DNA from: the human T2T-CHM13v2.0 reference genome, Homo sapiens
Reading direction: 5' to 3' (one strand)
DNA: 64,000 bases
NCBI RefSeq assembly: GCF_009914755.1
Contig: NC_060929.1
In this document: piece by piece, positions 13,801 to 27,054 of the stretch
How the letters are laid out: every line of letters starts with the position of its first letter
Position numbering within the stretch: position 1 is the first letter of the stretch
The notes under the pieces: generated by a model
Told to the model about the DNA's origin: nothing
Seen by the model: only the letters and a program-made list of their open reading frames with translations
Databases searched by the model: none
Translations under genes and position numbers: made by a program

Positions 13801-16800
13801 AAAAGGAAATATCTTCGTATAAAAACTAGAGAGAATGATTCTCAGAAACTCCTTTGTGATGTGTGTGTTCAACTCACAGAGTTTAACATTTCTTTTCATA
13901 GAGCAGTTAGGAAACACTCTGTTTGTAAAGTCTGCAAGTGGATATTCAGACCTCTTTGAGGCCTTCGTTGGAAACGGGTTTTTTTCATGTAAGGCTAGAC
14001 AGAAGAATTCTCAGTAACTTCCTTGTGTTGTGTGTATTCAACTCACACAGTTGAACGATCCTTTACACAGAGCAGACTTGTAACACTCTTTTTGTGGAAT
14101 TTGCAAGTGGAGATTTCAGCCGCTTTGAAGTCAAAGGTAGAAAACGAAATATCTTCCTATAAAAACTAGACAGAAAGATTCTCAGAAACTCCTTTGTGAT
14201 GTGTGCGTTCAACTCACAGAGTTTAACCTTTCTGTTCATAGAGCAGTTAGGAAACACTCTGTTTGTAAAGTCTGCAAGTGGATATTCAGACCTCTTTGAG
14301 GCCTTCGTTGGAAACGGGTTTTTTTCATATAAGGCTAGACAGAAGAATTCCCAGTAACTTCCTTGTGTTGTGTGTGTTCAACTCACAGAGTTGAACTTTC
14401 ATTTACACAGAGCAGATTTGAAACACTCTTTTTGTGGAATTTGCAAGTGGAGATTTCAAGCGCTTTGAGGCCAAAGGCAGAAAAGGAAATATCTTCGTAT
14501 AAAAACTAGACAGAATCATTCTCAGAAACTGCTCTGTGATGTGTGCGTTCAACTCTCAGAGTTTAACTTTTCTTTTCATTCAGCAGTTTGGAAACACTCT
14601 GTTTGTAAAGTCTGCACGTGGATAATTTGACCACTTAGAGGCCTTCGTTGGAAACGGGTTTTTTTCATGTAAGGCTAGACAGAAGAGTTCTCAGTAACTT
14701 CCTTGTGTTGTGTGTATTCAACTCACACAGTTGAACGATCCTTTACAGAGAGCAGACTTGTAACACTCTTTTTGTGGAATTTGCAAGTGGAGATTTCAGC
14801 CGCTTTGAAGTCAAAGTAGAAAAGGAAATATCTTCCTATAAAAACTAGACAGAATGATTCTCAGAAACTCCTTTGTGATGTGTGCGTTCAACTCACAGAG
14901 TTTAACCTTTCTTTTCATAGAGCAGTTAGGAAACACTCTGTTTGTAAAGTCTGCAAGTGGATATTCAGACCTCTTTGAGGCCTTCGTTGGAAACGGGTTT
15001 TTTTCATATAAGGCTAGACAGAAGAATTCCCAGTAACTTCCTTGTGTTGTGTGTGTTCAACTCACAGAGTTGAACTTTCATTTACACAGAGCAGATTTGA
15101 AACACTCCTTTTGTGGAATTTGCAGGTGGAGATTTCAAGCGCTTTGAGGCCAAAGGCAGAAAAGGAAATATCTTCGTATAAAAACTAGACAGAATCATTC
15201 TCAGAAACTGCTCTGCGATGTGTGCGTTCAACTCTCAGAGTTTAACTTTTCTTTTCATTCAGCAGTTTGGAAACACTCTGTTTGTAAAGTCTGCACGTGG
15301 ATAATTTGACCACTTAGAGGCCTTCGTTGGAAACGGGTTTTTTTCATGTAAGGCTAGACAGAAGAATTCTCAGTAACTTCCTTGTGTTGTGTGTATTCAA
15401 CTCACAGAGTTGAACGATCCTTTACACAGAGCAGACTTGTAACACTCTTTTTGTGGAATTTGCAAGTGGAGATTTCAGCCGCTTTGAAGTCAAAGGTAGA
15501 AAAGGAAATATCTTCCTATAAAAACTAGACAGAGTGATTCTCAGAAACTCCTTTGTGATGTGTGCGTTCAACTCACAGAGTTTAACCTTTCTTTTCATAG
15601 AGCAGTTAGGAAACACTCTGCTTGTAAAGTCTGCAAGTGGATATTCAGCCCTCTTTGAGGCCTTCGTTGGAAACGGGTTTTTTTCATATAAGGCTAGACA
15701 GAAGAATTCCCAGTAACTTCCTTGTGTTGTGTGTGTTCAACTCACAGAGTTGAACTTTGATTTACACAGAGCAGATTTGAAACACTCTTTTTGTGGAATT
15801 TGCAAGTGGAGATTTCAAGCGCTTTGAGGCCAAAGGCAGAAAAGGAAATACCTTCGTATAAAAACTAGACAGAATCATTCTCAGAAACTGCTCTGCGATG
15901 TGTGCGTTCAACTCTCAGAGTTTAACTTTTCTTTTCATTCAGCAGTTTGGAAACACTCTGTTTGTAAAGTCTGCACGTGGATATTTTGACCACTTAGAGG
16001 CCTTCGTTGGAAACGGGTTTTTTTCCTGTAAGGCTAGACAGAAGAATTCCCAGTAACTTGCTTGTGTTGTGTACATTCAACTCACAGAGTTGAACGTTCC
16101 CTTAGACAGAGCAGATTTGAAACACTCTTTTTGTGCAATTGGCAAGTGGAGATTTCAAGCGCTTTAAGGTCAATGGCAGAAAAGGAAATATCTTCGTTTC
16201 AAAACTAGAGAGAATCATTCCCAAAAACTGCGTTGTCATGTGTTCGTTCATCTCACAGAGTTTAACCTTTCTTTTCATAGAGCAGTTAGGAAACAGTCTG
16301 TTTGTAAATTCTGTAAGTGGATATTCTGACATCTTGTGGCCTTCGTTGGAAACGGGATTTCTTGATATTCTGCTAGATAGAAGAATTCTCAGAATCTTCC
16401 TTGTGTTGTGTGTATTCAACTCACAGAGTTGAACGATGGTTTACACAGAGCAGATTTGAAACACTCTTTTTGTGGAATTTGCAAGTGGAGATTTCAGCCG
16501 CTTTGAGGTCAATGGTAGAAAAGGAAATATCTTCGTATAAAAACTAGACAGAATGATTCTCAGAAACTTCTTTGTGATGTGTGCGTTCAACTCACAGAGT
16601 TTAACCTTTCTTTTCATAGAGCAGTTAGGAAACACTCTGTTTGTAAACTCTGCAAGTGGATATTCAGACCTCTTTGAGGCCTTCGTTGGAAACGGGATTT
16701 CTTCATACTGTGCTAGACAGAAGAATTCTCAGTAACTTCCTTGTGTTGTGTGTATTCAACTCACAGAGTTGACCGATCCTTTACACAGAGCAGACTTGTA

Positions 16801-16864
16801 ACACTCTTTTTGTGGAATTTGCAAGTGGAGATTTCAGCCGCTTTGAAGTCAAAGGTAGAAAAGG

Positions 16865-19800
16865 GAATATCTTCCTATAAAAACTAGACAGAATGATTCT
16901 CAGAAACTCCTTTGTGATGTGTGCGTTCAACTCACAGAGTTTAACCTTTCTTTTCATAGAGCAGTTAGGAAACACTCTGTTTCTAAAGTCTGCAAGTGGA
17001 TATTCAGACCTCTTTGAGGCCTTCGTTGGAAACGGGTTTTTTTCATATAAGGCTAGAGAGAAGAATTCCCAGTAACTTCCTTGTGTTGTGTGTGTTCAAC
17101 TCACAGAGTTGAACTTTGATTTACACAGAGCAGATTTGAAACACTCTTTTTGTGGAATTTGCAAGTGGAGATTTCAAGCGCTGTGAGGCCAAAGGCAGAA
17201 AAGGAAATATCTTCGTATAAAAACTAGACAGAATCATTCTCAGAAACTGCTCTGCGATGTGTGCGTTCAACTCTCAGAGTTTAACTTTTCTTTTCATTCA
17301 GCATTTTGGAAACACTCTGTTTGTAAAGTCTGCACGTGGATAATTTGACCACTTAGAGGCCTTCGTTGGAAACGGGTTTTTTTCATGTAAGGCTAGACAG
17401 AAGAATTCTCAGTAACTTCCTTGTGTTGTGTGTATTCAACTCACACAGTTGAAGGATCCTTTACACAGAGCAGACTTGTAACACTCTTTTTGTGGAATTT
17501 GCAAGTGGAGATTTCAGCCGCTTTGAAGTCAAAGGTAGAAAAGGAAATATCTTCCTATAAAAACTAGACAGAAAGATTCTCAGAAACTCCTTTGTGATGT
17601 GTGCGTTCAACTCACAGAGTTTAACCTTTCTTTTCATAGAGCAGTTAGGAAACACTCTGTTTGTAAAGTCTGCAAGTGGATATTCAGACCTCTTTGAGGC
17701 CTTCGTTGGAAACGGGTTTTTTTCATATAAGGCTAGACAGAAGAATTCCCAGTAACTTCCTTGTGTTGTGTGTGTTCAACTCACAGAGTTGAACTTTCAT
17801 TTACACAGAGCAGATTTGAAACACTCTTTTTGTGGAATTTGCAGGTGGAGATTTCAAGCGCTTTGAGGCCAAAGGCAGAAAAGGAAATATCTTCGTATAA
17901 AAACTAGACAGAATCATTCTCAGAAACTGCTCTGCGATGTGTGCGTTCAACTCTTAGAGTTTAACTTTTCTTTTCATTCAGCAGTTTGGAAACACTCTGT
18001 TTGTAAAGTCTGCACGTGGATAATTTGACCACTTAGAGGCCTTCGTTGGAAACGGGTTTTTTTCATGTAAGGCTAGACAGAAGAGTTCTCAGTAACTTCC
18101 TTGTGTTGTGTGTATTCAACTCACAGAGTTGAACGATCCTTTACACAGAGCAGACTTGGAACACTCTTTGTGGAATTTGCAAGTGGAGATTTCAGCCGCG
18201 TTGAGGTCAATGGTAGAAAAGGAAATATCTTCGTATAAAAACTAGACAGAATGATTCTCAGAAACTCCTTTGAGATGTGTGTGTTCAACTCACAGAGTTT
18301 AACCTTTCTTTTCATAGAGCAGTTAGGAATCACTCTGTTTGTAAAGTCTGCAAGAGGATATTCAGACCTCTTTGAGGCCTTTGTTGGAAACGGGTTTTTT
18401 TCATATAAGGCTAGACAGAAGAATTCCCAGTAACTTCCTTGTGTTGTGTGTGTTCAACTCACAGAGTTGAACTTTCATTTACACAGAGCAGATTTGAAAC
18501 ACTCTTTTTGTGGAATTTGCAAATGGAGATTTCAAGCGCTTTGAGGCCAAAGGCAGAAAAGGAAATATCTTCGTATAAAAACTAGACAGAATCATTCTCA
18601 GAAAGTGCTCTGCGATGTGTGCGTTCAACTCTCAGAGTTTAACTTTGCTTTTCATTCAGCAGTTTGGAAACACTCTGTTTGTAAAGTCTGCACGTGGATA
18701 ATTTGACCACTTAGAGGCCTTCGTTGGAAACGGGTTTTTTTCATGTAAGGCTAGACAGAAGAGTTCTCAGTAACTTCCTTGTGTTGTGTGTATTCAACTC
18801 ACACAGTTGAACGATCCTTTACACAGAGCAGACTTGTAACACTCTTTTTGTGGAATTTGCAAGTGGAGATTTCAGCCGCTTTGAAGTCAAAGTAGAAAAG
18901 GAAATATCTTCGTATAAAAACTAGACAGAATGATTCTCAGAAACTCCTTTGTGATGTGTGCGTTCAACTCAAAGAGTTTAACCTTTCTTTTCATAGAGCA
19001 GTTAGGAAACACTCTGTTTGTAAAGTCTGCAAGTGGATATTCAGACCTCTTTGAGGCCTTCGTTGGAAACGGGTTTTTTTCATATAAGGCTAGACAGAAG
19101 AATTCCCAGTAACTTCCTTGTGTTGTGTGTGTTCAACTCACAGAGTTGAACTTTCATTTACACAGAGCAGATTTGAAACACTCTTTTTGTGGAATTTGCA
19201 GGTGGAGATTTCAAGCGCTTTGAGGCCAAAGGCAGAAAAGGAAATATCTTCGTATAAAAACTAGACAGAATCATTCTCAGAAACTGCTCTGCGATGTGTG
19301 CGTTCAACTCTCAGAGTTTAACTTTTCTTTTCATTCAGCAGTTTGGAAACACTCTGTTTGTAAATTCTGCACGTGGATAATTTGACCACTTAGAGGCCTT
19401 CGTTGGAAACGGGTTTTTTTCATGTAAGGCTAGACAGAAGAATTCTCAGTAACTTCCTTGTGTTGTGTGTATTCAACTCACAGAGTTGAACGATCCTTTA
19501 CACAGAGCAGACTTGTAACACTCTTTTTGTGGAATTTGCAAGTGGAGATTTCAGCCGCTTTGAAGTCAAAGGTAGAAAAGGAAATATCTTCCTATAAAAA
19601 CTAGACAGAATGATTCTCAGAAACTCCTTTGTGATGTGTGCGTTCAACTCACAGAGTTTAACCTTTCTTTTCATAGAGCAGTTAGGAAACACTCTGTTTG
19701 TAAACTCTGCAAGTGGATATTCAGACCTCTTTGAGGCCTTCGTTGGAAACGGGATTTCTTCATACTGTGCTAGACAGAAGAATTCTCAGTAACTTCCTTG

Positions 19801-22800
19801 TGTTGTGTGTATTCAACTCACAGAGTTGAACGATCCTTTACACAGAGCAGACTTGGAACACTCTTTTTGTGGAATTTGCAAGTGGAGATTTCAGCCGCGT
19901 TGAGGTCAATGGTAGAAAAGGAAATATCTTCGTATAAAAACTAGACAGAATGATTCTCAGAAACTCCTTTGAGATGTGTGTGTTCAACTCACAGAGTTTA
20001 ACCTTTCTTTTCATAGAGCAGTTAGGAATCACTCTGATTGTAAAGTCTGCAAGTGGATATTCAGACCTCTTTGAGGCCTTCGTTGGAAACGGGTTTTTTT
20101 CATATAAGGCTAGACAGAAGAATTCCCAGTAACTTCCTTGTGTTGTGTGTGTTCAACTCACAGAGTTGAACTTTGATTTACACAGAGCAGATTTGAAACA
20201 CTCTTTTTGTGGAATTTGCAAGTGGAGATTTCAAGCGCTTTGAGGCCAAAGGCAGAAAAGGAAATATCTTCGTATAAAAACTAGACAGAATCATTCTCAG
20301 AAACTGCTCTGCGATGTGTGCGTTCAACTCTCAGAGTTTAACTTTTCTTTTCATTCAGCAGTTTGGAAACACTCTGTTTGTAAAGTCTGCACGTGGATAT
20401 TTTGACCACTTAGAGGCCTTCGTTGGAAACGGGTTTTTTTCCTGTAAGGCTAGACAGAAGAATTCCCAGTAACTTCCTTGTGTTGTGTACATTCAACTCA
20501 CAGAGTTGAACGTTCCCTTAGACGGAGCAGATTTGAAACACTCTTTTTGTGCAATTGGCAAGTGGAGATTTCAAGCGCTTTGAGGTCAATGGCAGAAAAG
20601 GAAATATCTTCCTTTCAAAACTAGACAGAATCATTCCCACAAACTGCGTTGTGATGTGTTCGTTCAACTCACAGAGTTTAACCTTTCTTTTCATAGAGCA
20701 GTTAGGAAACAGTCTGTTTGAAAATTCTGTAAGTGGATATTCTGACATCTTGTGGCCTTCGTTGGAAACGGGATTTCTTCATATTCTGCTAGACAGAAGA
20801 ATTCTCAGAATCTTCCTTGTGTTGTGTGTATTCAACTCACAGAGTTGAACGATGGTTTACACAGAGCAGATTTGAAACACTCATTTGGTGGAATTTGCAA
20901 GTGGAGATTTCAGCCGCTTTGAGGTCAATGGTAGAAAAGGAAATATCTTCGTATAACAACTAGACAGAATGATTCTCAGAAACTTCTTTGTGATGTGTGT
21001 GTTCAACTCACAGAGTTTAACCTTTCTTTTCATAGAGTAGTTAGGAAACACTGTGTTTTCAAACTCTGCAAGTGGATATTCCGACCTCTTTGAGGCCTTC
21101 GTTGGAAACGGGTTTCTTCATACTGTGCTAGACAGAAGAATTCTCAGTAACTTCCTTGTGTTGTGTGTATTCAACTCACAGAGTTGAACGATCCTTTACA
21201 CAGAGCAGACTTGAAACACTCTTTTTGTGGAATTTGCAAGTGGAGATTTCAGCCGCGTTGAGGTCAATGGTAGAAAAGGAAATATCTTCGTATAAAAACT
21301 AGACAGAATGATTCTCAGAAACTCCTTTGTGATGTGTGTGTTCAACTCACAGAGTTTAACATTTCTTTTCATAGAGCAGTTAGGAAACACTCTGTTTGTA
21401 AAGTCTGCAAGTGGATATTCAGACCTCTTTGAGGCCTTCGTTGGAAACGGGTTTTTTTCATATAAGGCTAGACAGAAGAATTCCCAGTAACTTCCTTGTG
21501 TTGTGTGTGTTCAACTCACAGAGTTGAACTTTCATTTACACAGAGCAGATTTGAAACACTCTTTTTGTGGAATTTGCAAGTGGAGATTTCAAGCGCTTTG
21601 AGGCCAAAGGCAGAAAAGGAAATATCTTCGTATAAAAACTAGACAGAATCATTCTCAGAAACTGCTCTGCGATGTGTGCGTTCAACTCTCAGAGTTTAAC
21701 TTTTCTTTTCATTCAGCAGTTTGGAAACACTCTGTTTGTAAAGTCTGCACGTGGATAATTTGACCACTTAGAGGCCTTCGTTGGAAACGGGTTTTTTTCA
21801 TGTAAGGCTAGACAGAAGAATTCTCAGTAACTTCCTTGTGTTGTGTGTATTCAACTCACACAGTTGAACGATCCTTTACACAGAGCAGACTTGTAACACT
21901 CTTTTTGTGGAATTTGCAAGTGGAGATTTCAGCCGCTTTGAAGTCAAAGGTAGAAAAGGGAATATCTTCCTATAAAAACTAGACAGAATGATTCTCAGAA
22001 ACTCCTTTGTGATGTGTGCGTTCAACTCACAGAGTTTAACCTTTCTTTTCATAGAGCAGTTAGGAAACACTCTGTTTCTAAAGTCTGCAAGTGGATATTC
22101 AGACCTCTTTGAGGCCTTCGTTGGAAACGGGTTTTTTTCATATAAGGCTAGACAGAAGAATTCCCAGTAACTTCCTTGTGTTGTGTGTGTTCAACTCACA
22201 GAGTTGAACTTTCATTTACACAGAGCAGATTTGAAACACTCTTTTTGTGGAATTTGCAAGTGGAGATTTCAAGCGCTGTGAGGCCAAAGGCAGAAAAGGA
22301 AATATCTTCGTATAAAAACTAGACAGAATCATTCTCAGAAACTGCTCTGCGATGTGTGCGTTCAACTCTCAGAGTTTAACTTTTCTTTTCATTCAGCAGT
22401 TTGGAAACACTCTGTTTGTAAAGTCTGCACGTGGATAATTTGACCACTTAGAGGCCTTCGTTGGAAACGGGTTTTTTTCATGTAAGGCTAGACAGAAGAA
22501 TTCTCAGTAACTTCCTTGTGTTGTGTGTATTCAACTCACACAGTTGAAGGATCCTTTACACAGAGCAGACTTGTAACACTCTTTTTGTGGAATTTGCAAG
22601 TGGAGATTTCAGCCGCTTTGAAGTCAAAGGTAGAAAAGGAAATATCTTCCTATAAAAACTAGACAGAAAGATTCTCAGAAACTCCTTTGTGATGTGTGCG
22701 TTCAACTCACAGAGTTTAACCTTTCTTTTCATAGAGCAGTTAGGAAACACTCTGTTTGTAAAGTCTGCAAGTGGATATTCAGACCTCTTTGAGGCCTTCG

Positions 22801-25800
22801 TTGGAAACGGGTTTTTTTCATATAAGGCTAGACAGAAGAATTCCCAGTAACTTCCTTGTGTTGTGTGTGTTCAACTCACAGAGTTGAACTTTCATTTACA
22901 CAGAGCAGATTTGAAACACTCTTTTTGTGGAATTTGCAGGTGGAGATTTCAAGCGCTTTGAGGCCAAAGGCAGAAAAGGAAATATCTTCGTATAAAAACT
23001 AGACAGAATCATTCTCAGAAACTGCTCTGCGATGTGTGCGTTCAACTCTTAGAGTTTAACTTTTCTTTTCATTCAGCAGTTTGGAAACACTCTGTTTGTA
23101 AAGTCTGCACGTGGATAATTTGACCACTTAGAGGCCTTCGTTGGAAACGGGTTTTTTTCATGTAAGGCTAGACAGAAGAGTTCTCAGTAACTTCCTTGTG
23201 TTGTGTGTATTCAACTCACAGAGTTGAACGATCCTTTACACAGAGCAGACTTGGAACACTCTTTGTGGAATTTGCAAGTGGAGATTTCAGCCGCGTTGAG
23301 GTCAATGGTAGAAAAGGAAATATCTTCGTATAAAAACTAGACAGAATGATTCTCAGAAACTCCTTTGAGATGTGTGTGTTCAACTCACAGAGTTTAACCT
23401 TTCTTTTCATAGAGCAGTTAGGAATCACTCTGTTTGTAAAGTCTGCAAGAGGATATTCAGACCTCTTTGAGGCCTTTGTTGGAAACGGGTTTTTTTCATA
23501 TAAGGCTAGACAGAAGAATTCCCAGTAACTTCCTTGTGTTGTGTGTGTTCAACTCACAGAGTTGAACTTTCATTTACACAGAGCAGATTTGAAACACTCT
23601 TTTTGTGGAATTTGCAAATGGAGATTTCAAGCGCTTTGAGGCCAAAGGCAGAAAAGGAAATATCTTCGTATAAAAACTAGACAGAATCATTCTCAGAAAG
23701 TGCTCTGCGATGTGTGCGTTCAACTCTCAGAGTTTAACTTTGCTTTTCATTCAGCAGTTTGGAAACACTCTGTTTGTAAAGTCTGCACGTGGATAATTTG
23801 ACCACTTAGAGGCCTTCGTTGGAAACGGGTTTTTTTCATGTAAGGCTAGACAGAAGAGTTCTCAGTAACTTCCTTGTGTTGTGTGTATTCAACTCACACA
23901 GTTGAACGATCCTTTACACAGAGCAGACTTGTAACACTCTTTTTGTGGAATTTGCAAGTGGAGATTTCAGCCGCTTTGAAGTCAAAGTAGAAAAGGAAAT
24001 ATCTTCGTATAAAAACTAGACAGAATGATTCTCAGAAACTCCTTTGTGATGTGTGCGTTCAACTCAAAGAGTTTAACCTTTCTTTTCATAGAGCAGTTAG
24101 GAAACACTCTGTTTGTAAAGTCTGCAAGTGGATATTCAGACCTCTTTGAGGCCTTCGTTGGAAACGGGTTTTTTTCATATAAGGCTAGACAGAAGAATTC
24201 CCAGTAACTTCCTTGTGTTGTGTGTGTTCAACTCACAGAGTTGAACTTTCATTTACACAGAGCAGATTTGAAACACTCTTTTTGTGGAATTTGCAGGTGG
24301 AGATTTCAAGCGCTTTGAGGCCAAAGGCAGAAAAGGAAATATCTTCGTATAAAAACTAGACAGAATCATTCTCAGAAACTGCTCTGCGATGTGTGCGTTC
24401 AACTCTCAGAGTTTAACTTTTCTTTTCATTCAGCAGTTTGGAAACACTCTGTTTGTAAATTCTGCACGTGGATAATTTGACCACTTAGAGGCCTTCGTTG
24501 GAAACGGGTTTTTTTCATGTAAGGCTAGACAGAAGAATTCTCAGTAACTTCCTTGTGTTGTGTGTATTCAACTCACAGAGTTGAACGATCCTTTACACAG
24601 AGCAGACTTGTAACACTCTTTTTGTGGAATTTGCAAGTGGAGATTTCAGCCGCTTTGAAGTCAAAGGTAGAAAAGGAAATATCTTCCTATAAAAACTAGA
24701 CAGAATGATTCTCAGAAACTCCTTTGTGATGTGTGCGTTCAACTCACAGAGTTTAACCTTTCTTTTCATAGAGCAGTTAGGAAACACTCTGTTTGTAAAC
24801 TCTGCAAGTGGATATTCAGACCTCTTTGAGGCCTTCGTTGGAAACGGGATTTCTTCATACTGTGCTAGACAGAAGAATTCTCAGTAACTTCCTTGTGTTG
24901 TGTGTATTCAACTCACAGAGTTGAACGATCCTTTACACAGAGCAGACTTGGAACACTCTTTTTGTGGAATTTGCAAGTGGAGATTTCAGCCGCGTTGAGG
25001 TCAATGGTAGAAAAGGAAATATCTTCGTATAAAAACTAGACAGAATGATTCTCAGAAACTCCTTTGAGATGTGTGTGTTCAACTCACAGAGTTTAACCTT
25101 TCTTTTCATAGAGCAGTTAGGAATCACTCTGATTGTAAAGTCTGCAAGTGGATATTCAGACCTCTTTGAGGCCTTCGTTGGAAACGGGTTTTTTTCATAT
25201 AAGGCTAGACAGAAGAATTCCCAGTAACTTCCTTGTGTTGTGTGTGTTCAACTCACAGAGTTGAACTTTGATTTACACAGAGCAGATTTGAAACACTCTT
25301 TTTGTGGAATTTGCAAGTGGAGATTTCAAGCGCTTTGAGGCCAAAGGCAGAAAAGGAAATATCTTCGTATAAAAACTAGACAGAATCATTCTCAGAAACT
25401 GCTCTGCGATGTGTGCGTTCAACTCTCAGAGTTTAACTTTTCTTTTCATTCAGCAGTTTGGAAACACTCTGTTTGTAAAGTCTGCACGTGGATATTTTGA
25501 CCACTTAGAGGCCTTCGTTGGAAACGGGTTTTTTTCCTGTAAGGCTAGACAGAAGAATTCCCAGTAACTTCCTTGTGTTGTGTACATTCAACTCACAGAG
25601 TTGAACGTTCCCTTAGACGGAGCAGATTTGAAACACTCTTTTTGTGCAATTGGCAAGTGGAGATTTCAAGCGCTTTGAGGTCAATGGCAGAAAAGGAAAT
25701 ATCTTCCTTTCAAAACTAGACAGAATCATTCCCACAAACTGCGTTGTGATGTGTTCGTTCAACTCACAGAGTTTAACCTTTCTTTTCATAGAGCAGTTAG

Positions 25801-27054
25801 GAAACAGTCTGTTTGAAAATTCTGTAAGTGGATATTCTGACATCTTGTGGCCTTCGTTGGAAACGGGATTTCTTCATATTCTGCTAGACAGAAGAATTCT
25901 CAGAATCTTCCTTGTGTTGTGTGTATTCAACTCACAGAGTTGAACGATGGTTTACACAGAGCAGATTTGAAACACTCATTTGGTGGAATTTGCAAGTGGA
26001 GATTTCAGCCGCTTTGAGGTCAATGGTAGAAAAGGAAATATCTTCGTATAACAACTAGACAGAATGATTCTCAGAAACTTCTTTGTGATGTGTGTGTTCA
26101 ACTCACAGAGTTTAACCTTTCTTTTCATAGAGTAGTTAGGAAACACTGTGTTTTCAAACTCTGCAAGTGGATATTCCGACCTCTTTGAGGCCTTCGTTGG
26201 AAACGGGTTTCTTCATACTGTGCTAGACAGAAGAATTCTCAGTAACTTCCTTGTGTTGTGTGTATTCAACTCACAGAGTTGAACGATCCTTTACACAGAG
26301 CAGACTTGAAACACTCTTTTTGTGGAATTTGCAAGTGGAGATTTCAGCCGCGTTGAGGTCAATGGTAGAAAAGGAAATATCTTCGTATAAAAACTAGACA
26401 GAATGATTCTCAGAAACTCCTTTGTGATGTGTGTGTTCAACTCACAGAGTTTAACATTTCTTTTCATAGAGCAGTTAGGAAACACTCTGTTTGTAAAGTC
26501 TGCAAGTGGATATTCAGACCTCTTTGAGGCCTTCGTTGGAAACGGGTTTTTTTCATATAAGGCTAGACAGAAGAATTCCCAGTAACTTCCTTGTGTTGTG
26601 TGTGTTCAACTCACAGAGTTGAACTTTCATTTACACAGAGCAGATTTGAAACACTCTTTTTGTGGAATTTGCAAGTGGAGATTTCAAGCGCTTTGAGGCC
26701 AAAGGCAGAAAAGGAAATATCTTCGTATAAAAACTAGACAGAATCATTCTCAGAAACTGCTCTGCGATGTGTGCGTTCAACTCTCAGAGTTTAACTTTTC
26801 TTTTCATTCAGCAGTTTGGAAACACTCTGTTTGTAAAGTCTGCACGTGGATAATTTGACCACTTAGAGGCCTTCGTTGGAAACGGGTTTTTTTCATGTAA
26901 GGCTAGACAGAAGAATTCTCAGTAACTTCCTTGTGTTGTGTGTATTCAACTCACACAGTTGAACGATCCTTTACACAGAGCAGACTTGTAACACTCTTTT
27001 TGTGGAATTTGCAAGTGGAGATTTCAGCCGCTTTGAAGTCAAAGGTAGAAAAGG
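16865..27054 (+). repeat. Near-perfect tandem duplication, period 5095 bp (30 monomers)
   Basis: ORFs at 17461/22556, 18121/23216, 18930/24025, 20549/25644 and 21308/26403 are offset by 5095. Shared rare variants include GAAGGATCC, a 2-bp T deletion, GACGGAGCAG and TTCCGACCTC. Confidence 0.93.

Noticed and set aside
16102-16419. Longest ORF (105 aa, minus strand)
   Set aside because: It is extended only because a private substitution near 16364 removes a stop in one C dimer. The 88-aa ORF at 47354 similarly arises from a 1-bp T-run insertion.
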